This document shows positions 14,985 through 26,024 of a stretch of DNA of 64,000 bases, in pieces. Numbering within the stretch: the stretch's first letter is position 1; each line of letters opens with the position of its first letter. The stretch is from NCBI GenBank assembly GCA_964533935.1, contig CAZHOG010000003.1, forward strand, positions 40,531 through 104,530. The letters run 5' to 3'. This DNA comes from an uncultured Muribaculaceae bacterium (GTDB lineage: Bacteria; Bacillota_I; Bacilli_A; RF39; UBA660). The notes under the pieces are model-generated. The model had not been told where the DNA came from. It did no database searches and saw only the letters and a list, made by a program, of their open reading frames with translations. A program made the translations under genes and the position numbers.

Positions 14985-17471
14985 CTATTTCTTTATTTTA
15001 AATAAATCAAATGGGATTGTACTTAAAACTGTTAAACCTACTATTAATAACCATTCTCTTATTCCAATAGCTGTTGTGTTAGCTACATTATTTAAAAATG
15101 GTATATAAACAATTGATAATAAGACTAATAAAATTACACTATTTACTAATATAACAACTTTATCTTTAAAACCATCTATAAAATTTTCTAAAGTTAAATT
15201 TCTAGATTTTAATGTATATGCTGAAAACATAATTGATAATAACAATGTTGAATATGCTATAGTTGTTGCTTTTTCTAATGAATAATTATTATAAAAATAT
15301 ATGAATGATCCAAGAACTATTCCAAACATTACTATTCCTTGCAATACACATCTTTTTAAAGTACTAATATCTATTATATTTTCTTTAATATTTCGAGGTG
15401 GTTTTTTCATAATATTTTTATCCGGTTTTATTCTTTCAAACATAATTGTACTAGTTGGATCAATTAATAATTCTAATAAAACAATATGAATTGGTATCAA
15501 CATAGCTGGTAATTTTAATAATGGAATTATTAATGATAACAAAGCTATTGGTATATGTATTGCTAAGATATAAGAAATTGCTTTTTTAATGTTATTATAA
15601 ATACATCTTCCATTTTCAACGGCCTCAACTATTGTATTAAAATTATCATCTAATAAAATCAAATCAGCAGATTCCTTTGCAACATTAGTTCCACGATTAC
15701 CCATAGCTATTCCAATATTAGCTTTCTTTAATGCAGTTGCATCATTAATTCCATCACCAGTCATTCCTACTATTTCACCATTAAGCTGCAATGCACTAAC
15801 AATTCTCATTTTATGATTTGGATATACTCTAGCATAAATATTAACATTTTTAACTTGCTCTAATAATTCTTCATCAGACATTTTTTCTATTTCGTCGCCA
15901 CTTAAAACATCGTCATAATTTTTTATTCCAATTTGTTTCGCAATTCCTTTTGCAGTTTTACCATTATCTCCAGTAATCATTATTACTCTAATTCCTGCAC
16001 TATAACATTTATTAATAGAATCATTAATTCCTTCTCGTGGAGCATCTGCAAGAGCTACTAATCCTTGAAATATCAATTTGTAGTCATATAAAGATTCTTT
16101 TACCTTTATATTTTTTTTACTGGCAACAGCTATAACTCTTAATCCTTGCTTTGCAAATTCTGAAACTTTTTCTTCTATTTCATTTATTTCATTATCAGTT
16201 AAATTACATAATTTAATAACACTTTCGTAAGCACCTTTTACATAAAGTGTATTAATATTATCTTTTTCAAATATTTGTCCCATCATCTTATCATTATTAT
16301 TAAATATATATTCATGTTTTAATATCATGTCGTCTAAATTAATCTTTTCATTTTGATAACAAAAATCTTTTAATGATATTTCCATATTATCATATGGATT
16401 TATTGGACAAGCAAAATACAAACTATTATAAAAATCTTTGTTTGTTTTATAAAATTCTTTAACTTGCATTATATTTTGAGTAAGTGTTCCTGTTTTATCT
16501 GTACATAATACTGTTATTTCACCAAGTGTTTCAACACAATTCATACTTTTAGTTAAAGCATTTTTCTTAGATAGTTTCCAAGATCCCATAGCTAAAAATA
16601 CTGTTAATACAACTGGAATTTCTTCAGGTATAGTTGCAATAGCAATTGTTATTCCTGATATAAAAGATTCTATTATTCTTGCTTTAAAATCTAGTGATGC
16701 AAAATTAATAAAAGAAATAATAATTACTGATACAAATAAACATGCACATAATATTCCATATATTTTAACAACTTTTTTTACTTGATTCTGCATTAAACTT
16801 TTTGTATTTGTTATTTCATTCAAGGAAGTTCCAATTTTTCCATACTCAGTATTTGCACCAACTGCAGTAATTTCTATAATAGCCATTCCATTAGTAATAT
16901 TTGTCCCTTTATAACACATATTATTCTTAAATTTATTAGTTTTATCATCATCTAAAGATTTATAAATAACTTCTGTTTCACCAGTTAATGCTGATTCATT
17001 AACTCCTAAACCTTGTATTTCTAATAGTTTTGCATCAGCTGGAACTAAATCTCCCTCTTCCAAAATAACGATATCCCCAACAACTAGTTCATCACTATTT
17101 AAAATAATTTGTTTATTATTTCTTATTGCTTTTACATCTAATTCAGATAATTTATTTAATTCATCAAGAGCTTTATCAGTTCGATATTCTTGCATAAATT
17201 CTATAAAACAACTAAAAGACACACAGAAAAGCATTATAATTCCATCAGGTATCTTACCTAAAATAAAATATATACATGCTGCTATTACTAATAAAAGCAA
17301 TGTTGGTTCCTTTAAAACATCTAAAATTCTTTCAAAAAAACTCTCTTTTTTCTTTTTTATAATACTGTTATTTCCATATAATTCTCTTGATGAATTAACC
17401 TCTTTTGTAGTTAGTCCTTTATATTTTTTAAAATTCATGTTAAACACCTCTAGTTTTTTTTGATTTTTCAA
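14985..17471 (-). CDS. Cation-transporting P-type ATPase (Ca2+-ATPase-like)
   Basis: CTDKTGTLTQN, MITGDNGKTA, TGDGINDATALKKA. Confidence 0.9.
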   Translation of the reverse strand: MKNQKKLEVFNMNFKKYKGLTTKEVNSSRELYGNNSIIKKKKESFFERILDVLKEPTLLLLVIAACIYFILGKIPDGIIMLFCVSFSCFIEFMQEYRTDKALDELNKLSELDVKAIRNNKQIILNSDELVVGDIVILEEGDLVPADAKLLEIQGLGVNESALTGETEVIYKSLDDDKTNKFKNNMCYKGTNITNGMAIIEITAVGANTEYGKIGTSLNEITNTKSLMQNQVKKVVKIYGILCACLFVSVIIISFINFASLDFKARIIESFISGITIAIATIPEEIPVVLTVFLAMGSWKLSKKNALTKSMNCVETLGEITVLCTDKTGTLTQNIMQVKEFYKTNKDFYNSLYFACPINPYDNMEISLKDFCYQNEKINLDDMILKHEYIFNNNDKMMGQIFEKDNINTLYVKGAYESVIKLCNLTDNEINEIEEKVSEFAKQGLRVIAVASKKNIKVKESLYDYKLIFQGLVALADAPREGINDSINKCYSAGIRVIMITGDNGKTAKGIAKQIGIKNYDDVLSGDEIEKMSDEELLEQVKNVNIYARVYPNHKMRIVSALQLNGEIVGMTGDGINDATALKKANIGIAMGNRGTNVAKESADLILLDDNFNTIVEAVENGRCIYNNIKKAISYILAIHIPIALLSLIIPLLKLPAMLIPIHIVLLELLIDPTSTIMFERIKPDKNIMKKPPRNIKENIIDISTLKRCVLQGIVMFGIVLGSFIYFYNNYSLEKATTIAYSTLLLSIMFSAYTLKSRNLTLENFIDGFKDKVVILVNSVILLVLLSIVYIPFLNNVANTTAIGIREWLLIVGLTVLSTIPFDLFKIKK

Positions 17472-17502
17472 TTGTAGAAAATAAAATACTTAATAATTAT
17501 TT

Positions 17503-18471
17503 TTATTCTGATCTATTTTTTAAATCTTTAATCATTTTAATTCCCATTATTATTGAATATATTCCAGCTATAAAAAACGGAAGTAACATTACCTTAATTA
17601 TAATATCACTAGGAATAGCAACTTTTGCAATAATTAAATCAAAAATACATCCACTTACTATTGCTACAATAGGTTCACTATAATAAAAAATATTTACAGA
17701 TTTAGATTTCAATGCAACCAATTCAGGACTATTGTCAACATTAATGGTGTTAATTTCATCTTCAGCTTCCTCATCATCTTCATCTGCTAAATACTTTTCA
17801 TCTAATTCTTCATAAGTATTTTCGTTTATTTTATTTATTATTTTCATTTTCTTTATCTTATAAATAATGTCATATATTATTAAAAAACTCAAGATTATTA
17901 ATATAAAAAGTTCATTAAAATTAAAAACACTATTAAATTTTATCATTAATACTAATATAAAGATAAATACTACGTATGGTAAAAAAACTATTTTGTCAAA
18001 ATTACCAAATGGAGTATGCCAACATAATAAATAATAATTTTTTTCTTTTTGTTTTTCAAATTTTTCAGAAGATTCTCCATAAATTTTCACTATATAATCA
18101 GCAGTTCTCAATACATTATAATATTTATGCTTTTTTAATTTAACATTTTTATCAACATCTAAATTATATTTTTTTCCATTAGATTTATAAAAATAATATT
18201 TATTTTTATCTATGTATTTTAAATATAAAACATCTTTTTTAGGTTTAATTATTATATTAATAAAATACTTATACCAAAAAAAGATTGAAAAACAACTAAA
18301 AAATATTAATGGTGACCATCTAATAACTATTTTTTGTAAATAATCCAAAAAATTAACAAATGTATATTCCCTTCCATTCCAACCACAGATTAATATTAAT
18401 AATGTGATTACCAAAATTGCAGTAAATGCAACCATAACTTTTGGATCAAATTCTTCTTTAATTTTTTTCAT
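17503..18471 (-). CDS. Polytopic membrane protein, unknown function
   Basis: Long ORF with several TM segments and an acidic linker. No recognisable motif. Confidence 0.4.
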   Translation of the reverse strand: MKKIKEEFDPKVMVAFTAILVITLLILICGWNGREYTFVNFLDYLQKIVIRWSPLIFFSCFSIFFWYKYFINIIIKPKKDVLYLKYIDKNKYYFYKSNGKKYNLDVDKNVKLKKHKYYNVLRTADYIVKIYGESSEKFEKQKEKNYYLLCWHTPFGNFDKIVFLPYVVFIFILVLMIKFNSVFNFNELFILIILSFLIIYDIIYKIKKMKIINKINENTYEELDEKYLADEDDEEAEDEINTINVDNSPELVALKSKSVNIFYYSEPIVAIVSGCIFDLIIAKVAIPSDIIIKVMLLPFFIAGIYSIIMGIKMIKDLKNRSE

Positions 18472-18574
18472 AAATACAACTCTTTCTAAACTATCTATTA
18501 AAATAAGTATACAACAAAAAAAGATAGATTTATAAAATATCTATCTTCGTATTATAAAATAAGTGTACATAAAA

Positions 18575-19057
18575 CTATTTTTTTAAGTTAAGCTTTTTTG
18601 TATCTAATAAATTATCATTTTTATTCAAATAATATGAAATTACATCGTCATATGTTTCGGTAGTATATATTTTTAAATTTCTTCTTCGTGGTGAAACTAA
18701 CATATCATTTGGAAATTGTTTTTTATCTTTATTGTATCTAATTCCATTTTCATCCCATGTATAATTTCCTATTTTTAAAAAATCATTATAATCAGCTATA
18801 CTAATATTATTTAACTTATCATCATTTTTCATAAAATATCTCAATCTATTATATTTTAAATCACCTTCTAATATCCTAGTTAATCTTTCATCTAAAAATC
18901 CACTCTTTATTTCTTTTTTCATTTCATTATATTCTTCTTCTGTAACATGACATACTAAAAAACTAATATTTGCATAAAAAAGACTTTCTACATAGTCATA
19001 TAAAGAACAATAAATTTCTCTATCATTTTCTTCAAACATAACAATAATTTTATCCAT
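18575..19057 (-). CDS. Hypothetical cytoplasmic protein
   Basis: 160-aa ORF, no recognisable motif. Confidence 0.35.
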   Translation of the reverse strand: MDKIIVMFEENDREIYCSLYDYVESLFYANISFLVCHVTEEEYNEMKKEIKSGFLDERLTRILEGDLKYNRLRYFMKNDDKLNNISIADYNDFLKIGNYTWDENGIRYNKDKKQFPNDMLVSPRRRNLKIYTTETYDDVISYYLNKNDNLLDTKKLNLKK

Positions 19058-19138
19058 ACCAAATCTCCATTTAATCTAACTTTTCTAGTTTACTACATAA
19101 ATATACGAAAGTATAGAAAAATTAATCAAACTAATTTA

Positions 19139-19594
19139 TTATATTTTTTTTACTTTAATTATATTATCAAGACTTTGATCTAAATATTCATCATGAGATA
19201 ATAAATCATCAAATATATTTTTAAATTTATCATCCATACATACACTACAATCATATTTAACCATATAATTATAATCACAGTCTTCTATTTCTTCCGAAGA
19301 ACATATTATAATTGGCAAATTAACTAGTTTAAATCTTTTTCTTACTTCCCTAATAATATCTGCACCGAATGGTTCAATCATCATTTCATCATCATATATA
19401 GGCATATAGTTATCACAAATTATTACGTCATATGGTTCAAATTCATTTTCTTTAAAATTATGATTTCGAATAGCACACAAACCACTATTTCTAGATTTTT
19501 CCCATTCAATAATTGAATTTCCTAATAATTTATTTAATATCTTTTTCACATTCTCATATTTGTATTCATTATCTTCAATAATTAATATTCTCAT
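19139..19594 (-). CDS. Stand-alone receiver (CheY-like) domain protein
   Basis: MRILIIEDNE, VIICDNYMP (candidate phospho-acceptor Asp), PIIICSS. No output domain. Confidence 0.5.
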   Translation of the reverse strand: MRILIIEDNEYKYENVKKILNKLLGNSIIEWEKSRNSGLCAIRNHNFKENEFEPYDVIICDNYMPIYDDEMMIEPFGADIIREVRKRFKLVNLPIIICSSEEIEDCDYNYMVKYDCSVCMDDKFKNIFDDLLSHDEYLDQSLDNIIKVKKI

Positions 19595-19704
19595 TATACA
19601 TTTTTCTTTCTATTATAATTTTTTCTAATCAACAATTTTTAATAAATATATATTTTTCAATTGCCAGATATCTAATTTTTAATATTTATTCTTGTTATAA
19701 CTTT

Positions 19705-20298
19705 TCAATTTTCATTTTTAATGTTTGTTAATATTAATTTTCTATATTCCAAAGATTGTAGTAAAATTGTTGCAGAAAATATTGCAACCGCTATTTGAAG
19801 ATTTTGTAAATTATAAAATAATATAGCTATTAATAATAGCACTATTTCTCCAGTAACTTTACCATATGCATGAATACTTTCTTGTAAAAATGTATATTCT
19901 AACCTGCATTCATTTAATAACTTCATAGATTTTATATTAAATATTGCACTATTCATAAGAATAGAGGTTATTTGATAGGCAATATTAAAAACTATATTAT
20001 ATAGTATAAAGTATTTAAAATTAGATGTAAAAATTATTGGAATTAAAGATAAAATTATAGATACTGATGATAATATATATGCTTTTGTATAATATCTTTT
20101 TTTTAGAAATTTACTTACTATTAATGCTGTTAAAATTCCTAAAAATGAAAACAATGCATTTAAATATCCTAAACTAAATTCTGATCCTAATTTCAAAAAT
20201 ATTACAAGTTGTATTGCTGTTTTTAAAGCTCCACAATATCCAATTCCTTCATAAAAAACTATTCTATAAATATGTTTTGCACTTTTATCTTTTAACAA
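19705..20298 (-). pseudogene. C-terminal half of a polytopic (MFS-like) transporter, apparently truncated
   Basis: Six hydrophobic segments only. The frame stays open upstream of the TTG start to ~20480 with no ATG and non-membrane sequence. Confidence 0.3.
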
Positions 20299-20536
20299 TT
20301 TCTTTAAATTGTTATTATTAAATCTACTAATTTTATAGTCTTTTTTTTCAAATAAATGAATATATTTATTCTTATTAAAATAAAAGTTATTTTCAATTTT
20401 GACTGCAGTATCCTTTATAAAATTATACCCTTCTGTTCCATTTACGCTTCCAATAATTGAATATGTAAATTTATATTCTATTTAGAATTAACTCTATAAC
20501 CTACCGCTATTATTACATCAATTAAACTACAAATTA

Positions 20537-21043
20537 TTATTTATATTCCACTAAAGCAGTAATATCTTTTCTTACTTTATGAAACGGGCTTGGCGGACAC
20601 AATTTTGATCTATATCCTATTGGAAGTAAACAAACAGGTATTAAATTTTTAGGTATTTCAAATTCCTCCATTAATATTTTTTTATCAAACATTTCTATCC
20701 AAATATTATCTATTCCAATATTTGTTGCTTCTAGCATCATATGTGTTGTGACAATAGTTGCATCCATTTCAAATGTTGAATAATCTTTTTTAGTATATGC
20801 ATTTTCTTTATCACCACATATCAATAAAACTGTTTGAGCCCCATATCTGCATCTTGTTGCTTTATCTAGTTTATTTAATCCTATTTCAGATTGTATAATA
20901 TATATTTTAAATGGTTGTAAATTTTTGGCTGTTGGTGCAATTCTTCCCGCATTTAATATTTTATCTAATTTTTCTTGTTCAATTTTCTTATCACTAAATT
21001 TTCTTGTTGCTTTTCGACTTTCGATTACATTTTCAAAATTCAT
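20537..21043 (-). CDS. Nitroreductase-family protein
   Basis: RKATRKFSDKKI, GRIAPTAKNLQP. Confidence 0.7.
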   Translation of the reverse strand: MNFENVIESRKATRKFSDKKIEQEKLDKILNAGRIAPTAKNLQPFKIYIIQSEIGLNKLDKATRCRYGAQTVLLICGDKENAYTKKDYSTFEMDATIVTTHMMLEATNIGIDNIWIEMFDKKILMEEFEIPKNLIPVCLLPIGYRSKLCPPSPFHKVRKDITALVEYK

Positions 21044-21206
21044 ATTATATTCCCTCTTTCTATTTGTAAATCACACAATTACCTCATAAACCTAGTATGG
21101 AAAAACATATTCTCCTCAGACAGCCTATTATATTTTTTTTGGATTTTTTGAATAAAATAAGTTTTTTTATCTAAAAATTGTTGTTTTCCCCTTATTTTTC
21201 AAGGTT

Positions 21207-22403
21207 TTAGCGCAGTTTCATTACGCATACACATTCAACATGATAAGTATAAGAAAACATATCCAGTAAATTTAATTCTTTTATTTCATATTCTTTTTTC
21301 AATTCATTTAAATCTCTAACTAATGTAAGTGGATCACATGATGTATATAGAATTTTATTTGGTTTATATTCTAAAATTGTATTTAAAGTTTTTTTGTCTA
21401 ATCCAGCACGAGGAGGATCAACTACAATAATATCTAATTTATCTTTTATTTTAGGTAATATATTTGGAACACTTCCTAAATTAAAATATATATTATCTTT
21501 ATGATTAATTTTAGCATTAAATAAGGCATCTTTTATTGCATTCTCAACTATTTCTATTCCATATACTTTTTTAGCTTTATTTGCTTCTACAATTGATAAA
21601 GTTCCAACTCCACAATATAAATCTGCAACTATAGAATCTTTTTTAATATTATTTTCTATTATATTAAATAACTCACTACAAATATAATTATTTACTTGAA
21701 AAAAAGCATTATAAGAAACTCTAAACATCATATTATTTATTATTTCCATAAAGAAAGGATCATTATGAATAGTTATCCCATTAACAATAATACCTGCAAT
21801 TTTATTATTTGTTATAATCTCTTCATAATTAAAATTATCTTCTGTATCTATTATTAATAATAATTCATCATTATAATTAGCTCTTATAGTTATTTTAGCA
21901 TTATTTAAGCCACTTTTTAATAAATAAGGGATTACTTTATTTATACATGATTTAGTTATCATACACTCATTTATTTCAACTAAATCATGAGTATTATTTT
22001 GATAGAACCCAATCTTACCATTTTCCATTTTTAATTCAATTTTATTACGATAATTATATTCATTTTTATTTTCAATAAAATTTATTTTATTATAATTAAT
22101 ATTATTTCTTTCAAATAAATTTTTAATTTTATTGATTTTATATTCTTTATTATTTTGATATGACATATTTTGTAAACTACATCCACCACATTCATAAAAA
22201 TATGGACAAACTGGATCAATTCTATCTAATGATTTTTCAATAATATTAATATTTTTTCCTACAAAATAATTTTTTTTATCTTCAATTATTTCTGTTTCTA
22301 TTAACTCACCAATTAAAGCATTGGGAATAAATATTATTTTATTATTTATATATCCAATTCCTTGTCCTTGATTATCATATCTTTCAATTCTTACTTTTTC
22401 CAT
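21207..22403 (-). CDS. 23S rRNA (uracil-C5)-methyltransferase, RumA/RlmCD family
   Basis: TRAM-like N-terminus, Cys cluster CPYFYECGGCSLQ, DLYCGVGT, VDPPRAGL, and a Cys in YTSCDP. Confidence 0.8.
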   Translation of the reverse strand: MEKVRIERYDNQGQGIGYINNKIIFIPNALIGELIETEIIEDKKNYFVGKNINIIEKSLDRIDPVCPYFYECGGCSLQNMSYQNNKEYKINKIKNLFERNNINYNKINFIENKNEYNYRNKIELKMENGKIGFYQNNTHDLVEINECMITKSCINKVIPYLLKSGLNNAKITIRANYNDELLLIIDTEDNFNYEEIITNNKIAGIIVNGITIHNDPFFMEIINNMMFRVSYNAFFQVNNYICSELFNIIENNIKKDSIVADLYCGVGTLSIVEANKAKKVYGIEIVENAIKDALFNAKINHKDNIYFNLGSVPNILPKIKDKLDIIVVDPPRAGLDKKTLNTILEYKPNKILYTSCDPLTLVRDLNELKKEYEIKELNLLDMFSYTYHVECVCVMKLR

Positions 22404-22479
22404 TGCTTACCTCTTTTTAATTATAACATAATAAAGTATACCTTACAATTTATGGTAAATAATAAAAATGGTGAAATAA

Positions 22480-23904
22480 ATGGAAAAACTTATACAAAGA
22501 ATTAAAGAAGAATTTGCTGATACTCCTGACATAGTTTTTAGAAAAATAAGTACAGGTATTAATAAATATCTTTATGTAATATATTTAGAAACTGTTTCAA
22601 GTAGTGATAAAATAAATGATTATATATTAAAAAATCTTACTTTTTTTATTAATAAAAAGAATATAAGAAATTTAAATAAATTATTACCATCTCCTCATGT
22701 TATACCAATAACAAAACATGATGAAATAGAATACTATTTAACTAATGGTTTTACCATCGTATTATATGAAAGTAATATATATGCTGTAGAAACTAAAGCC
22801 GATATAAATAGAAGCATCAGTCCTCCTGAAGTAGAACAAGCCCTATATGGTCCAAAAGATGCATTTAATGAAAACTATCAAATGGATATAGGACTAATAA
22901 AAAGAAGAATTAAAAGCAGCCATTTAAAAATAATTGAAAAAAACATAGGTAGAATAAGTAATACAAAAGTTGGTTTATTATATATTGATAATATTGCTGA
23001 AGATAAGAATGTAAAAGAAATTAAAAATATTTTAAATAAAATAGATGTTGATGCAATTTTAGATTCTGGTCAACTAGCACAATATTTTGTTGAAAACAAA
23101 AGTACTTTTCCTACTGTCACTTCAACCGAAAGACCTGATAAAGTTGCCAAAGGTTTATTAGAAGGAAAAATAGCTTTAGTTGTTGATACATCCCCATACG
23201 TTTTATTACTGCCTGCTTTTTTTGGAGATTTCATAAACCCTATTGTTGATAACTATAATAAAAATATTAAAATAAATTTTTTAAGAATACTTAGAATTTC
23301 CTGTTTTTTCTTAACAATATTAGTACCTGCATATTATATAGCTGTAATAAATTATAACCAAGAAACATTACCAATAAGCTTACTTATAAACTTTGCAACT
23401 CAACGATCCGAAGTGCCCTTTCCTTCTATTTTTGAGGCATTAATAATGTTATTTATTTGTGAAATGTTACGTGAAAGTGATATAAGATTTCCTAGTTCAT
23501 ATGGAAGTGCAATTTCAATTCTTGGTGCTTTAATTTTAGGTGAAGCTGCAGTTAGTGCTGGAATCGTGTCCCCAATAATGATTATTATTATTGCCTTTAC
23601 TTTTATAACAAGTCTTATGTTTGTTGAATTTGAAATAGTTAATGCAATAAGACATTTTAGATTTATTTTTTTATTACTAGCTTCGTTCTATGGTTTATAT
23701 GGAATATTTATCGGCATGATTCTTTTCTTAGTCAAACTATGTAGTGTTAAAACATTACACAATCCATATTTCTACCCTATTGCACCATTCAATAAAAATT
23801 ATTTTAATAAAATGTTTTTAAAAAGCGATTCTACAAAAGATATGAAAAGAAGTAATTTATTAGCTAAACAAAATATAACTAAACAAAGGAATGATTTTCT
23901 ATGA
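22480..23904 (+). CDS. Spore germinant receptor subunit A (GerA family)
   Basis: GPKDAFNENYQMDIGLIKRRIK, VTSTERPDKVAKGLLEGK, C-terminal TM bundle. Confidence 0.85.
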   Translation: MEKLIQRIKEEFADTPDIVFRKISTGINKYLYVIYLETVSSSDKINDYILKNLTFFINKKNIRNLNKLLPSPHVIPITKHDEIEYYLTNGFTIVLYESNIYAVETKADINRSISPPEVEQALYGPKDAFNENYQMDIGLIKRRIKSSHLKIIEKNIGRISNTKVGLLYIDNIAEDKNVKEIKNILNKIDVDAILDSGQLAQYFVENKSTFPTVTSTERPDKVAKGLLEGKIALVVDTSPYVLLLPAFFGDFINPIVDNYNKNIKINFLRILRISCFFLTILVPAYYIAVINYNQETLPISLLINFATQRSEVPFPSIFEALIMLFICEMLRESDIRFPSSYGSAISILGALILGEAAVSAGIVSPIMIIIIAFTFITSLMFVEFEIVNAIRHFRFIFLLLASFYGLYGIFIGMILFLVKLCSVKTLHNPYFYPIAPFNKNYFNKMFLKSDSTKDMKRSNLLAKQNITKQRNDFL

Positions 23905-24989
23905 AAAAAATTATAGTATTATTAGTTTTAATATTTAGTTGTACTGCTTGTTACGATTACAATGAATTAAATGATCTATCACTAGTATCTGGAATAGCTA
24001 TTGATTATGATGAACAAAATGATAAATTTATAACTACTTTTGAAATTTTAAATGACGAAAAAAGCAGTGATAACGGAAGTTCTCAAAGTAAATCGTTTTA
24101 TGTCAAAGGAAGTGGAAAAACAATAGCGGAAAGTTTTAATAATTCTGCATTAGAAATTCCTAAAACACCATATTATGCACATTTAAAAGTATTAGTAATA
24201 TCAGAAAAAATTGCTAAAAATAATTCTAATGATATTATTGATTACATTTTAAGATACCCAACTATTTCTAATATTTTTTATTTAGCAATTAGTAAAGAAA
24301 TTAATGCCCAAGATATTTTAAGATACAAAACAGAAGAAGATAAAATAGTTTCTGATGAAATATATAATTTAATAGACAAAAATGAATTAGGTACAAATAT
24401 ATCTATGAAAGTTAAATTTGAAGATTTTATTTCTAAATTAAAAAATAAATATGAAGATCCTTATGTTTCAACCATAAGTATCAAAGATGATAATTTAAAA
24501 TTAGATGGTTTAGCTATTTGGAAAAATAATAAAATGACTGATATTTTAAATGATAAAAATAGCCAGACACTCACAATTTTATTAGGAGAAAATAAAAATG
24601 CATCTTATCGAATAAAATGTAATGATGAAAAATACGTAGTTATTAATATTTATAATCAAAAAATAAAAACTGATATTACAGCTAAAAAAGCTAAAATTAT
24701 TATTAATGCTGAAGCAAGAATTATTGAAAACGGGTGTAATTTAAACTTAAAAGATTCTAATACTTATAAAAAATTAAGTGATAAATTTTCTAAAAGTATG
24801 AATAAAAATGGATATGAATTAATAGATATACTACAAAATAAAAATTCTGATCCATTAAGTATTGCCTATTCTTATTATAAAAAAACTAAAAAAAATCTTG
24901 ATTATAAAAATTTAAAGTTCGATATTAATTCAAAAATTAATATAAATAAAAATGGTTTGATTTTTGAGGTGACAAATGATAACAAATAG
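23901..24989 (+). CDS. Spore germinant receptor subunit C (Ger(x)C lipoprotein)
   Basis: Lipobox LIFSCTAC. Overlaps the A subunit by 4 nt. Typical size. Confidence 0.75.
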   Translation: MKKIIVLLVLIFSCTACYDYNELNDLSLVSGIAIDYDEQNDKFITTFEILNDEKSSDNGSSQSKSFYVKGSGKTIAESFNNSALEIPKTPYYAHLKVLVISEKIAKNNSNDIIDYILRYPTISNIFYLAISKEINAQDILRYKTEEDKIVSDEIYNLIDKNELGTNISMKVKFEDFISKLKNKYEDPYVSTISIKDDNLKLDGLAIWKNNKMTDILNDKNSQTLTILLGENKNASYRIKCNDEKYVVINIYNQKIKTDITAKKAKIIINAEARIIENGCNLNLKDSNTYKKLSDKFSKSMNKNGYELIDILQNKNSDPLSIAYSYYKKTKKNLDYKNLKFDINSKININKNGLIFEVTNDNK

Positions 24990-26001
24990 ACAAAAAAATT
25001 TCTTAGTATATTTCTGTACAAGATCATTTTTTTTAGGAATAGGTTTTTCACTTATTTTCAAAAAATGTAATAATGACTCATGGATTACTTTTATTATTGG
25101 AACCATACTTGGAATTGGTTTTTGTAAATTGTTTAAATATATTTTAGATAAAAAAGGCAAAAAAAAATTATCTGAGTATCTAAATGAACTTGGAATAACT
25201 GGTAAAATAGTTAGAATACTCTTAATACTATTATCAATAATAATATTAAATGAATTATTATTTGTTTTACAAATATTTGCAAAATCATTTTTCTTAATTA
25301 ATTCTAAAACTTTCTTTTTAATTATTCCAATAGTATATTTAATAGTATTTATTGCATTTAAAGGTTATAATCTTTTGTGCTATATATGTGAATGTTTATT
25401 TCCAGTAGCTATAACAATATTTGTGCTTGCTTTATATGCCCTAATTTTTAAAGTTGACTTAACTAATCTACAACCATACTTTAATACAAATATACTAAAT
25501 TTCTTTCAAGGAATTATATTTTATTTTTCATTATCTACTACTCCATTATTATTATTATTAGACATGGATTTTGAAGATTCAAATATATTAAAAAGTTATA
25601 TTGGTTCATCATCTACATTAATAATACTTGCTATTTTACTAAGTGGAATTCTTGGTCAAATACTTGTTAATATTTATAGATTCCCGGAATATATGATTCT
25701 AAAAGAAATAAAAATGTTTAACTTTATTGAAAATATTGAAAATATAGTTTCACTAATTTGGTTAATTGATCTATTTGTAGTGCTTTCCCTATCAGCAACA
25801 TTTCTAAAAAACATACTACCAAAAAAATATAACAATTACTCATTCTTAACAATAATTACATTAGTTGTCATTTCTATTTGCTATATCTTTGGAAATAATT
25901 ATATTAATGATTTATTCATATATAAATATATACCTTATTTTTTATTAATATTAAACATAATAATAATTCTAATATTAACATTAAAAAAGCAAAAAACTTA
26001 G
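24976..26001 (+). CDS. Spore germinant receptor subunit B (permease-like)
   Basis: ~10-TM protein overlapping the C subunit. A-C-B order as in gerK-type operons. Confidence 0.75.
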   Translation: MITNRQKNFLVYFCTRSFFLGIGFSLIFKKCNNDSWITFIIGTILGIGFCKLFKYILDKKGKKKLSEYLNELGITGKIVRILLILLSIIILNELLFVLQIFAKSFFLINSKTFFLIIPIVYLIVFIAFKGYNLLCYICECLFPVAITIFVLALYALIFKVDLTNLQPYFNTNILNFFQGIIFYFSLSTTPLLLLLDMDFEDSNILKSYIGSSSTLIILAILLSGILGQILVNIYRFPEYMILKEIKMFNFIENIENIVSLIWLIDLFVVLSLSATFLKNILPKKYNNYSFLTIITLVVISICYIFGNNYINDLFIYKYIPYFLLILNIIIILILTLKKQKT

Positions 26002-26024
26002 AATACTTCTAAGCTTTTTATTTT
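25997..26024 (+). terminator. Terminator after the ger operon
   Basis: CTTAGAA-TAC-TTCTAAG followed by CTTTTTATTTT. Confidence 0.5.

Noticed and set aside
1837-15489. Antisense or overlapping short ORFs (1837..2037, 5340..5600, 5736..5954, 7303..7548, 8809..9036, 9980..10165, 12991..13341, 13666..13854, 15301..15489)
   Set aside because: Each lies fully inside a longer ORF with recognisable motifs on the opposite strand. Their F/I/L/S-rich translations are what antisense AT-rich coding DNA typically produces.
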